A stretch of DNA of 64,000 nucleotides from an uncultured archaeon (GTDB taxonomy: Archaea > Asgardarchaeota > Thorarchaeia > Thorarchaeales > Thorarchaeaceae), in assembly GCA_964631415.1 (NCBI GenBank), contig CAZVZC010000006.1, positions 3,001-67,000 on the forward strand. Reading direction: 5' to 3'. The notes below the pieces were generated by a model. It was not told the DNA's origin. It did no database searches and saw only the letters and a list, made by a program, of their open reading frames with translations. This document shows, one piece after another, positions 27,463 through 36,101 of the stretch. The position numbers were made by a program, and so were the translations under genes. Every line of letters begins with the position of its first letter. The stretch's first letter is position 1.

Positions 27463-28313
27463 ACAGCCACTTCTCTGCGCCACCTGAGCAGCTTCCTCTC
27501 GGCTCGTAGAAACACATAGCTGATCAGGAACCCAATGGCACCAATCACAAGCATCGCTGATATCGTTTCGCCTGTCCTGCCCGTCTGCTGCGTGATGGTG
27601 ACGAGGTATCCCAAGCCTATTGCACTACCAAACATCTCTGCGGCCACCAAGCACATCCAACCGATCCCGAAGCCGATTCGAAGACCTGCAAGTGTTTCAG
27701 GAGCGGCTGACGGGAGGACAATCTTCGACAGAATCTGGAGTTCAGACGTACCGAAAGTGCTTGCCACATCGAGATGGACAGTACTCGTTCTCTTCACACC
27801 GGCTGTCGTGTTGATGAGTATTGGGAAGAATGCGCCCAGCCAAATGATGAAGACCTGCGCTCCAATCATGTTTGACCGGAAAAGCAGGATTGACAAGGGA
27901 ATCCAGGCGATTGGGGGCAATGGACGGAAGGCCTCAACGACGGGCCCCATGATCATGCTCGCTAGCCGGTATCTGCCGATCGCTACGCCGAGAGGAATCG
28001 CAGTGGCCGAGGCGATTGTGAACCCGAGAGTCACACGCACCATGCTCATCGCTGTGTGCTGCCCGAGAGTGGTCCCGTCGGTATCGCCTTCGACAACGAG
28101 CTTCACAAAGGAGCGCGCAATGTCAGGTAGGCCGATTCCTTGCGCGAAGTACGCTATGAGTTGCCATATGACGAGCAGAATCGCCAAAGGGACTACTGCC
28201 TTCAGAAGTATATCGACTGGACTGGATCCTTGCCACTTGGCTTTCCTCTGACGAGCCTGAGAAACGGCTTTCATCTCCACATGTTCTTCGGTTGAGCCCG
28301 ACATCGTATTCAT
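27459..28313 (-). CDS. ABC transporter permease (NitT/TauT family)
   Basis: 284-aa polytopic hydrophobic ORF adjacent to the binding protein. Its stop codon overlaps the ATPase stop within the palindrome CTAG (27459-27462). Confidence 0.8.
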   Translation of the reverse strand: MNTMSGSTEEHVEMKAVSQARQRKAKWQGSSPVDILLKAVVPLAILLVIWQLIAYFAQGIGLPDIARSFVKLVVEGDTDGTTLGQHTAMSMVRVTLGFTIASATAIPLGVAIGRYRLASMIMGPVVEAFRPLPPIAWIPLSILLFRSNMIGAQVFIIWLGAFFPILINTTAGVKRTSTVHLDVASTFGTSELQILSKIVLPSAAPETLAGLRIGFGIGWMCLVAAEMFGSAIGLGYLVTITQQTGRTGETISAMLVIGAIGFLISYVFLRAERKLLRWRREVAV

Positions 28314-28364
28314 GCGGATGTTCTACTGACTGCCTTTTGTTTCTGCCGTTCATATGCCCTTCAA

Positions 28365-29402
28365 TCACGGTGAGTTCTCTATGAATGTGGCATTGATGAA
28401 ATCGTCCAGATACGGGTCGATTTCACTCGGATTCATCGTGACTTGTTCCTGGGCGATAAGGAACGTCAGGAACACCTCAACAGCTGTACGATTCAGGTTG
28501 TAGTCGTACACGATGCGGTTGAAGGCGTTCTCCACGGGTGTGGAATTCACTCCCAACCACTGAGTAGCAATGCTAATCGCTTCAGCCGGGTTTGCTACAA
28601 TCCACTCTTCTGCTCTCTTGTGGATGTCGACTACCTTCTGCACGACATCGGGATGCCTGCTGACGAAACTATCCGACGACGCCAGCACGCAGCAAGGATG
28701 GCCGGGCCATATGTCGTGGGATAGTGCTATGGGAACCGCAAGGTTGTCGTACTCAGCCAGTGCAGGGAACGGTTCCCACGCAATGAATGCAGGGGCTTCT
28801 GGGGTGAGCGATATTGCCATGTTCTGTGGTGCTGCCGCCACGGGCGTGATATCCGAATATGAAAGCCCAGACTGGTTGAGAGCGAGCCGAAGCAGGAAGT
28901 TCTGAACGCTCGATGGACCGGGGTGGAAGACGGTCTTGTTGACAAGGCCCGTGACGTTGACGATTCTGCCAGCGTCATATTCTCCCTTGAGCACCATTAT
29001 TGATGACCCTTCAAGATTCGCAGTTGCCAGCACACTCACGGATATGTTCTGGTTGATGCTCTTGGTGAGGGCAGGAGCTACACCCAGATAGCCCATGTCT
29101 ATCTGTCCTGCCAAGAAACCATCCATCTCGTAGGCCCCGTTCTGGTACTGCAGCAACTCAACTGTGAGACCTGCTTCCGTGAACCAGCCCTTCACATACG
29201 CAATTCTCAGAGCCAGTTGATGAAGATCTTGGGCCAAGTATCCGATTCTGACATCCGGCGGTGCAGGGGCGAACCAAACCATAACGGCTACTCCAGAGGC
29301 AACCACGATGACTACCACGGCTGCTGCAGCTATCTTCTTTCTTTCCATGTCCTTGTTCCTGCCAGATGCAATCAAGACTTCGTAGCCCGTGTTGAGTGGC
29401 AC
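28365..29402 (-). CDS. ABC transporter substrate-binding protein, NMT1/SsuA-like
   Basis: N-terminal anchor 'AAAAVVVIVVASGVAVMVWF'. 'IGYLAQDLHQLALRIAYVKGWFTEAGLTVELLQYQNGAYEMDGFLAGQIDMGYLG' is typical of NMT1/THI5-like binding proteins. The likely start is ATG 29348. Confidence 0.75.
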   Translation of the reverse strand: MPLNTGYEVLIASGRNKDMERKKIAAAAVVVIVVASGVAVMVWFAPAPPDVRIGYLAQDLHQLALRIAYVKGWFTEAGLTVELLQYQNGAYEMDGFLAGQIDMGYLGVAPALTKSINQNISVSVLATANLEGSSIMVLKGEYDAGRIVNVTGLVNKTVFHPGPSSVQNFLLRLALNQSGLSYSDITPVAAAPQNMAISLTPEAPAFIAWEPFPALAEYDNLAVPIALSHDIWPGHPCCVLASSDSFVSRHPDVVQKVVDIHKRAEEWIVANPAEAISIATQWLGVNSTPVENAFNRIVYDYNLNRTAVEVFLTFLIAQEQVTMNPSEIDPYLDDFINATFIENSP

Positions 29403-29495
29403 TGATTGTGAAATGACGAAGCCACATATTAAGAATGACTTAGAGGCGACTCGGAACAGCAGGGATATTAGACAGGCCTCATTGCCATATCAACC

Positions 29496-29867
29496 ATGTC
29501 GCTTCAGGACAGGGTGCCCAAACAGCTCAGACTTGGCGACTCAGTCATCTCTGTCACGATGGAGAATGATGTGGCGGTCTTTCCTACCAGCGAATATGTG
29601 CTTGTGGAGATCTCTTCGAAAGCAGGGAAGATAAACGTGCCCAAGATCTCCACTACCATTCGCAATCTTGTGAGAAGCGACAAACGAATCGTTGCGATTA
29701 GGGGATATGGCTTCAAGGGTATAGGGCTGGCTGTCCGTGTTGCTCATGAGCTCAAGTTGTTGGAGCAGCGGTTCAGGTACGAGATGACGTTCGACACCTT
29801 CGACGCGACGGACTCAGACAACAAGACAATCACAAGCGTTCAGATCGTCATCGTACCCCCTGCGTGA
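29496..29867 (+). CDS. Hypothetical protein, possibly Alba-fold
   Basis: 'IVAIRGYGFKGIGLAVRVAHELKLL' and the terminal 'TITSVQIVIVP' loosely resemble the Alba 'ArGraIskAVdvaE' helix and last strand. Weak. Confidence 0.4.
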   Translation: MSLQDRVPKQLRLGDSVISVTMENDVAVFPTSEYVLVEISSKAGKINVPKISTTIRNLVRSDKRIVAIRGYGFKGIGLAVRVAHELKLLEQRFRYEMTFDTFDATDSDNKTITSVQIVIVPPA

Positions 29868-29885
29868 ACGGATACGCTCATCCGG

Positions 29886-30551
29886 ATGTTGGGGCTTCAG
29901 GTAGTGCCGATAATGACACTGACACCTACAAAGAGCAAGGAGAAGACCCAGCCGCTACTAGTTAGGGCAAAGATTACAAAGGTGAAGTTCCCCGAGAAGT
30001 GCCCGGTGTGTCTCGCCGAACCTGAGGACCTCGTGTCCATCACCGTCATGGAGAGCTCGCACTTCGACCAGTCCGCTGATAGCTCCACAAGTAGTTGGAG
30101 TGACGGCAAAGACAAGGTGGAGATGGCCCTCGCTGCCGCACAGGGCGCGGCCACATTCTGGGTGCCAACCTGCAGCGTTCATGGCAGCCGAAGTCTTAGG
30201 TCAGGTCCAAAGAGGTTCATGGCTTGGGCGGCCTTCTTTGTCCTTTTCTATCCCGGTCTCTATTTCACCCTTGGAATAATGAACGCACTATACAACCCCA
30301 GACCCCTTCTTGAGCCCCTCTTGGGCTTGGTAGTGACTGCTTCCTTGTTAATCCTCCTAGCTTTCTACGGCTACTACGCCCGGGCGATAGAACGAACGCT
30401 CAAGATTGTCAGAATAGACAGGCACGAAGATGCTGTATACATGGATATCAGGAATAGGGAATATGGAAAGATGTTCATGCAGTTGAATGATGGACAAGCA
30501 GACATTGTCGACAAGACAGGCCGGCCGATACCGGCGGACAATGTGCTGTGA
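29886..30551 (+). CDS. Hypothetical membrane protein
   Basis: Two hydrophobic segments ('FMAWAAFFVLFYPGLYFTLGIM', 'LLGLVVTASLLILLAFYGYY') and a 'CPVC' near the N-terminus. The likely start is ATG 29913. Confidence 0.55.
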   Translation: MLGLQVVPIMTLTPTKSKEKTQPLLVRAKITKVKFPEKCPVCLAEPEDLVSITVMESSHFDQSADSSTSSWSDGKDKVEMALAAAQGAATFWVPTCSVHGSRSLRSGPKRFMAWAAFFVLFYPGLYFTLGIMNALYNPRPLLEPLLGLVVTASLLILLAFYGYYARAIERTLKIVRIDRHEDAVYMDIRNREYGKMFMQLNDGQADIVDKTGRPIPADNVL

Positions 30552-30676
30552 CGACTGGTCCAGACGTACTTTTTCAGATAAGCATAAACGCAGATGATGC
30601 AACACAGACTACAGCGGCGGAGGGATGAAGGATCCGTCACAAAGACGTTTTCCTGTTCTGGCTTGCAATACTGCTC

Positions 30677-31837
30677 GTGGCCCCAATCTGTCCCACCATT
30701 ATAGCTCAGAGCGAGTCACTAGAGATGAATACCCTCGAAGAACCCCAGCCGAGCATCCAGACAGACCCTCACATTAGTCATGATCCGATCTACATCTCAG
30801 GGAATGACGGTTTCTCATCATGGCCGGGCACAGGGAGCAAGCAGGATCCTTTTGTGATAGAGGGCTTGAACATCACAAGCCCAGACTACTGCATCTGGGT
30901 GTCTAACACGACGGTGTGCTTCGTGATTCGAAACTGCATACTGCGGTGCACGACTGGGGGATGGTCGTCACTCACTCTGAACCAGGTCGCGAACGGAGCA
31001 GTCGAGCTCTGCGTTTCTCTTGATGGATTTCACGGAATTGACATTCTCTCCTCGGTCAACTGCACCGTCGAGGAATGCATGCTCAGGGGAAGCACGATTG
31101 GTATCCTGATGTCAGAGGCAGACAACTGCACTCTGTCCAGAAACACGGTTTATCTGAACCAAGAAGGTATTGAACTGACGGGCACAAACGATTCCCTAGT
31201 TGTGAACAACACATGCTTTCGAAACGCGCATTCAGGAATCAGAGTGTTATTGGAGTCCCATCGGAACAGAGTCTTCCTCAACAGCCTGGGGTGGAATCCG
31301 TACGAGGGCGCACCGTGCGTGAACGCACTAGACGATGGACGACTCAACCTGTGGGACGACAATGTCAGCAATGGTAACTTCTGGAACGATTATGTAGGAA
31401 CGGGAAGCTATTCAATCAGAGGTACGGCTGTTTCTCGTGACCACTTCCCATCGGTACTCCTAGACACACTTGCCCCTGAAGTAGACCACCCTGACGATGC
31501 TAGACTGGGGCTGGGCGATACAGGAAAGTTCCTGACTTGGCAAGCTTACGACAGGTTCCCGTACAGCTATGTGCTCTTCTGGGACGGACAATGGATGGAT
31601 GGAAACCCGTGGGATGGGGACGGAATAAGAGCCGAACTCGATGACATATCTGTGGGGGTTCACAACTGCTCCCTGCTCGTGTACGACATTGGAGGAAATA
31701 CGGCCAGCGACACAGTCATGGTCGTCGTGACTTTCAATGTTCTAGGCGGCCTAGGAACGGAACTAGTAGGCATTGCATCAGCAGTCAGTGTTGTCCTCAT
31801 GGTCGCCGGCATTCTGGTTGTCAAGGCGATGCGATAG
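30677..31837 (+). CDS. Surface protein with right-handed parallel beta-helix (NosD/pectate-lyase-like) repeats and C-terminal TM anchor
   Basis: Repeats 'CIWVSNTTVCFVIRNCIL', 'GIDILSSVNCTVEECML', 'GILMSEADNCTLSRNTV', 'GIELTGTNDSLVVNNTC'. C-terminal 'LVGIASAVSVVLMVAGILVV'. The N-terminus is problematic (see findings). Confidence 0.7.
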   Translation: MAPICPTIIAQSESLEMNTLEEPQPSIQTDPHISHDPIYISGNDGFSSWPGTGSKQDPFVIEGLNITSPDYCIWVSNTTVCFVIRNCILRCTTGGWSSLTLNQVANGAVELCVSLDGFHGIDILSSVNCTVEECMLRGSTIGILMSEADNCTLSRNTVYLNQEGIELTGTNDSLVVNNTCFRNAHSGIRVLLESHRNRVFLNSLGWNPYEGAPCVNALDDGRLNLWDDNVSNGNFWNDYVGTGSYSIRGTAVSRDHFPSVLLDTLAPEVDHPDDARLGLGDTGKFLTWQAYDRFPYSYVLFWDGQWMDGNPWDGDGIRAELDDISVGVHNCSLLVYDIGGNTASDTVMVVVTFNVLGGLGTELVGIASAVSVVLMVAGILVVKAMR

Positions 31838-32029
31838 GACGACCATAGATCTCGTCTGCTATGCAACAACCAAAGCGCACTGCATTTGCCATTGAAGAGA
31901 AACACAGTACTCATTAGGAGTAGTTTCATGGAGATGCCGCCAGTCTGTGAGCGCTCAATCGCAGGTGGCAAATACGAAGATACATAAGCATCACAAAGCG
32001 AGCCGAGGCCAGATTCCTCCTAGTAGGTA

Positions 32030-32617
32030 GTGATGACTGCAATGGCCCTTGACTTTTCGAAAGGCATCATCGAAGTGACTTGGCATGGACGCGGCGGCCA
32101 AGGTGTGGTCACCAGCAATCAGATGCTGGGCAAGGCCGCTCTCTCTGAAGGCAACTACATCCAGGCCTTCCCTGAGTTTGGCCCAGAGCGAACCGGCGCG
32201 CCTGTTCGAGCCTTCCTGAGAATCAGTAAGAAACCCATTCAGCTGTACTCTCAGGTCTACCAGCCAGACATAGTGGTCTGCATTGACCCGACTCTTCTCA
32301 GTGTCGTCAATCCAAGTGAGGGACTGAAGAAAGATGGCGCACTCGTTCTGAATACCACACTGACCCCTGGGCAGATCAGGAGCAAGTATGGCCTGAAGGG
32401 CGGGAAGGTCGTGACAGTTGATGCAAGCACGATAGCAATGCAGATACTTGGACGACCTTTCTACAACATGCCCACCCTCGCAGCGGCAGTCAAGGCAACG
32501 GGTGCAGTGAAAATGGAAACCGTGATTGCAGAGGTGTTGAGCCGCTATCCAGGCAAAGTTGGAGAACTGAACAAGAAAGCAATGGAGCGAGCAGCCTCAG
32601 AGGTGAGGATTGAATGA
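32030..32617 (+). CDS. porG: 2-oxoacid (pyruvate/2-ketoisovalerate):ferredoxin oxidoreductase subunit gamma
   Basis: 'WHGRGGQGVVTSNQMLGKAALSEGNYIQAFPEFGPERTGAPVRAF'. First gene of a gamma-delta-alpha-beta operon. POR versus VOR specificity cannot be resolved by eye. Confidence 0.85.
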   Translation: MMTAMALDFSKGIIEVTWHGRGGQGVVTSNQMLGKAALSEGNYIQAFPEFGPERTGAPVRAFLRISKKPIQLYSQVYQPDIVVCIDPTLLSVVNPSEGLKKDGALVLNTTLTPGQIRSKYGLKGGKVVTVDASTIAMQILGRPFYNMPTLAAAVKATGAVKMETVIAEVLSRYPGKVGELNKKAMERAASEVRIE

Positions 32618-32910
32618 GCAAGAAATCCAGCGAGATCCCGATGGCTGGTAACATACTAGAGCCAGGCAATGCGAGAGAGTACAAGACGGGCGGGTGGCGA
32701 GCTGAGCGTCCCAAGCACAACCCGGAGGACTGCCTCTGGGTCAAGAACGGTACCTGTGGCTTGTGCTGCATCTTCTGTCCTGATAATGCAATCAAGTTGA
32801 GTGAGAAGGATGGCAAGTTTCTCTATGCTTATGATTATGACTACTGCAAGGGCTGCGGGATTTGCGCCAACGAGTGCCCAAAATCGTGTATCACTATGGA
32901 GGCTGAATGA
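32614..32910 (+). CDS. porD: 2-oxoacid:ferredoxin oxidoreductase subunit delta (2x[4Fe-4S])
   Basis: 'CGLCCIFCPDNAI' and 'CKGCGICANECPKSCI'. ATGA overlap with the gamma subunit. Confidence 0.85.
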   Translation: MSKKSSEIPMAGNILEPGNAREYKTGGWRAERPKHNPEDCLWVKNGTCGLCCIFCPDNAIKLSEKDGKFLYAYDYDYCKGCGICANECPKSCITMEAE

Positions 32911-32913
32911 GAG

Positions 32914-34119
32914 ATGGCAGCTACTGCAAAGGTGACGAAACCCAAGGGGTCAATCGAGGGGCTGACTGGCGATGCTGCCATTGCATATGCTCTCAAGCAG
33001 TGTGACATCGACGTGTTGTCGGCCTACCCGATAACTCCTCAAACGATCATCGTGGAGGACTATCAGCGTTTCTTCGCAGAAGGCCAAGTCAAGACGAAGG
33101 TCATCCCTGTGGAGTCTGAGCACAGCGCAATGTCGGCCTGTATTGGAGCCTCTGCAGCAGGGGCAAGGGTGGCCACAGCAACGGCATCAGCTGGACTGGC
33201 ACTCATGTGGGAGGTCCTGTACTGCGCGAGCGGAATGCGGCAGCCGATCGTCTTGGCTGTTGCGAACCGTGCCTTGTCAGCTCCTATCAACATCCATAAT
33301 GACTGGAGCGACTCATATGGGGCACGGGACAGCGGCTTCATTCAGATGTACTGCCAGAGCTGTCAAGAGGCATACGACACGACGATCATGTCATTCAAGA
33401 TAGCGGAGAATCACAACGTGCTCCTTCCGGCCATGGTCTGCATCGACGGCTTCATCCTGAGTCACAATGTGGAACGTGTGGAACTCCTGCCAGATGACGT
33501 TGTCCGTGACTTCGTTGGTGTGAGGGTACCAGTACAACCGCTCAACCCGGACAAACCAATCACAATGGGTCCCTTGTGCTTGACTGACTACTACTTCGAG
33601 TTCAAGGAGCAGGAGGACAAGGCGATGAGAGAGGTGTTCAAGGTCTACAAGGATGTTGAGGCTGAGTTTCAGAAGGTGACTGGCCGCTCATATGGTATGT
33701 ATGAAACCTACAAGACGAAGGACGCTGATGTCATCATTCTCACGCACAGTTCTCCAGCAGGTACAGCCAAGGCAGCCGTTGATGCTCTTCGAGAACAGGG
33801 CGAGAAGGTTGGAGTACTCAGACTGAAGCTGTTCAGACCATTTCCTGCTGCCGAGCTGGCGAAGGAACTCTCCAGCGCCAAGGCTGTGGCTGTCTTTGAG
33901 AAATGCCTGTCCTTTGGAGCACCGACCAATCCCCTCGCACTTGAGGTAAGGACGGTCCTCTACGATCTGCCCAAGAAACCCATGGTGACGGACTTCGTGG
34001 TTGGGCTTGGAGGACGTGATGTGCCGCCCACGACGATTGTCGAGGGATACAACAAGACAAAACAGTACCTAGAGAAGGGGAAGGCTCCACTCTACGAAAC
34101 TCTGGGGGTGCGAAAGTAA
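32914..34119 (+). CDS. porA: 2-oxoacid:ferredoxin oxidoreductase subunit alpha
   Basis: 'LTGDAAIAYALKQCDIDVLSAYPITPQT...ESEHSAMSACIGASAAGARV' is the N-terminal pyrimidine-binding domain. 401 aa. Confidence 0.9.
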   Translation: MAATAKVTKPKGSIEGLTGDAAIAYALKQCDIDVLSAYPITPQTIIVEDYQRFFAEGQVKTKVIPVESEHSAMSACIGASAAGARVATATASAGLALMWEVLYCASGMRQPIVLAVANRALSAPINIHNDWSDSYGARDSGFIQMYCQSCQEAYDTTIMSFKIAENHNVLLPAMVCIDGFILSHNVERVELLPDDVVRDFVGVRVPVQPLNPDKPITMGPLCLTDYYFEFKEQEDKAMREVFKVYKDVEAEFQKVTGRSYGMYETYKTKDADVIILTHSSPAGTAKAAVDALREQGEKVGVLRLKLFRPFPAAELAKELSSAKAVAVFEKCLSFGAPTNPLALEVRTVLYDLPKKPMVTDFVVGLGGRDVPPTTIVEGYNKTKQYLEKGKAPLYETLGVRK

Positions 34120-35061
34120 ATGTCGATGAAACTAAAGGATCTGCTGCAGGCTCCAGAGGTGTTGGGATCGGGCCACCGAATGTGTGCAGGTTGTGGTGCG
34201 CCTACCGTCATCAAGTTGATGGGCATGTCGCTGCGCGGCCCAACGATTGTGTGCAATGCGACAGGCTGCCTAGAGGTCGCAACTACCATCTATCCCTACA
34301 CTGCATGGAAGGTCCCGTGGATACATGTTGCATTCGAGAATGTCGCAGCTGTTGCGTCAGGCATAGTCGAAGGCATAAGCGCCATGCAGGAGAAAGGTCG
34401 GTACAAACAGGAACACGTCGATGTGATTGCACTGGGAGGAGACGGTGGTACATTCGACATAGGCTTTGGTGCTCTTAGCGGAGCGCTTGAGCGTGGACAC
34501 GACTTCGTCTATATGGTATACGACAATGGTGCTTATCAGAACACAGGGATTCAGAGGTCAGGGGCTACGCTCCCAGGCCAGGAAACAACGACCTCTTGGG
34601 CCGGCAAGGCTGAGCCAGGCAAGAGGCAGAGGAAGAAGCCAATTGCCGAGATTGTGGCCGCACACAAGATACCCTACGTAGCTACTGTCGATCCATTCCA
34701 TTATCGTGACTTCATCACGAAGTTCCGCAAAGCGCTCGAAGTGGAGGGCCCTGCATTCATCCACGCATTCGCACCTTGCCCCAGAGGCTGGCGATCCGAG
34801 TCGTCGAAGACCATCGAGTTGGCGAGACTGGCAGTCGAAACTGGCATTCACCCGCTCTATGAGATCATCAATGGCGAACAGTATGTCATGTCAGCTCCGA
34901 GCAAGAGCCTCAAGGAACTGAAGCCGGTGGACGAGTTCATGAAGTTACAGGGTCAGTTCAAGCACCTCTTCACCCCGCAGTGGGAGGACTTCAGAAAGCA
35001 GGTCCAGCAGCAAATCACTGCAGACTGGGAACTGTTGAAGAAGAAATGCGGCGTCGAGTAG
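34120..35061 (+). CDS. porB: 2-oxoacid:ferredoxin oxidoreductase subunit beta (TPP-binding)
   Basis: 'GHRMCAGCGAP' and 'ALGGDGGTFDIGFGALSGALERGHDFVYMVYDNGAYQNTG' (TPP GDG...N motif). Confidence 0.9.
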   Translation: MSMKLKDLLQAPEVLGSGHRMCAGCGAPTVIKLMGMSLRGPTIVCNATGCLEVATTIYPYTAWKVPWIHVAFENVAAVASGIVEGISAMQEKGRYKQEHVDVIALGGDGGTFDIGFGALSGALERGHDFVYMVYDNGAYQNTGIQRSGATLPGQETTTSWAGKAEPGKRQRKKPIAEIVAAHKIPYVATVDPFHYRDFITKFRKALEVEGPAFIHAFAPCPRGWRSESSKTIELARLAVETGIHPLYEIINGEQYVMSAPSKSLKELKPVDEFMKLQGQFKHLFTPQWEDFRKQVQQQITADWELLKKKCGVE

Positions 35062-35082
35062 ACTCATTCTGTGCATTGGAGG

Positions 35083-35102
35083 ACAGCTGCCCTTCGGCAG
35101 CT
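35083..35102 (+). terminator. 8-bp stem / tetraloop hairpin just after the OFOR operon
   Basis: 'cagctgcc' + 'cttc' + 'ggcagctg', 22 nt after the porB stop, followed by 'catttcat'. Confidence 0.4.
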
Positions 35103-35282
35103 GCATTTCATGCGGCGATGAGTATCTTACAGATTAGGCGCATGATTTCGCTAGGTTGTAAGTGAGCAGCAATCAACAAAATATGTTAATATGCGCCGAA
35201 AGGGAAACCTTGCTTAAGTCCGAACCATGCTAGTTCGGTTCGCAATGGGACTTGACCAACACAGAAATCGGAGAATGGATTG

Positions 35283-35414
35283 ATGACCTGTATCGAGTAT
35301 AGCGCCGGAGACGAAAAGTGCAAGGTGGACGGTTTCAAGTTCTACAAGGGTATGCAGAAGCCCTGTGAGTATGTAGGTAAGCGTGACAAGTGTCCTAGAC
35401 TTGTTATGAAGTAG
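35283..35414 (+). CDS. Candidate small Cys-containing protein (43 aa), not on ORF track
   Basis: Hand translation gives 'MTCIEYSAGDEKCKVDGFKFYKGMQKPCEYVGKRDKCPRLVMK' with four Cys. 'ggag' lies 11 nt upstream. It sits in an otherwise empty 630-nt gap. Confidence 0.25.
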   Translation: MTCIEYSAGDEKCKVDGFKFYKGMQKPCEYVGKRDKCPRLVMK

Positions 35415-35695
35415 TGACATCTGCTTCCGACAACCTGCTTACACTAGACTGGAATCCTGACTCGGAAAAGGTGTCGAAGAGCTGACTCCAGTCGATTCAA
35501 CTCCTCTCCCCAGTCGATATCATCGACATAGACACGAAGACGGCTGGGGCTCTTCGTCGACATCCACCACGAATCTCCTTTGTATGTAGTAGAAGGCCCA
35601 ACAGGCAACTGCGACCTCATGCATCGCTCAGAGATTCGGAGGAAGAGTTATTTGGCGTATGCTGGAATTAGAGGGCTGCTAGCGGTGATGCTTCG

Positions 35696-35959
35696 ATGAA
35701 AGCCTATGTCCTGATCAAGACTGCTGGAGGCAAGGAGGACGAAGTCCTGCGGAAACTCCTGAGCCTGTCCACCGTTGAAGAGGCTCACAAGGTGTTTGGG
35801 CCTTATGACATTGTGGCAGAGGTCCGCGGCAGAGATATGGAGACTATTGTCGAGATAGTCACAGGTCGGATCAGGAAGGTCGACGGGCTGCTGGACACGG
35901 AAACGCTACTTGTAGTTGACCCCGAATTGGACATGGCTTCCTCAAGCCTAGCCTCCTGA
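35696..35959 (+). CDS. Stand-alone Lrp/AsnC-type ligand-binding (RAM) domain protein
   Basis: 'MKAYVLIKTAGGKEDEVLRKLLSLSTVEEAHKVFGPYDIVAEVRGRDMETIVEIVTGRIRKVDGLLDTETLLVV' has the beta-alpha-beta-beta-alpha-beta layout of AsnC_trans_reg. 87 aa. Confidence 0.75.
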   Translation: MKAYVLIKTAGGKEDEVLRKLLSLSTVEEAHKVFGPYDIVAEVRGRDMETIVEIVTGRIRKVDGLLDTETLLVVDPELDMASSSLAS

Positions 35960-36101
35960 GCGTACTTGGCGCATTGCCTAAACTGAGTCCGTTCGAGAAT
36001 TCGTTAAAAGGGACGGGACCAGCATAAGGTTCATCGGGACCAAACTAAAGGAGGCAATCGGTATTCCCGCTAAGACCCTATCACGAAAGCCCTTCGCGCT
36101 T

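Noticed and set aside
27535-28251. 238-aa plus-strand ORF inside the ABC permease locus.
   Set aside because: It is antisense to a polytopic permease that fits the transporter operon, and its own product has no recognisable features.
35214-35420. 68-aa minus-strand ORF in the post-OFOR gap.
   Set aside because: It has no RBS or motif and overlaps the (also uncertain) + strand Cys micro-ORF. I treated it as noise.
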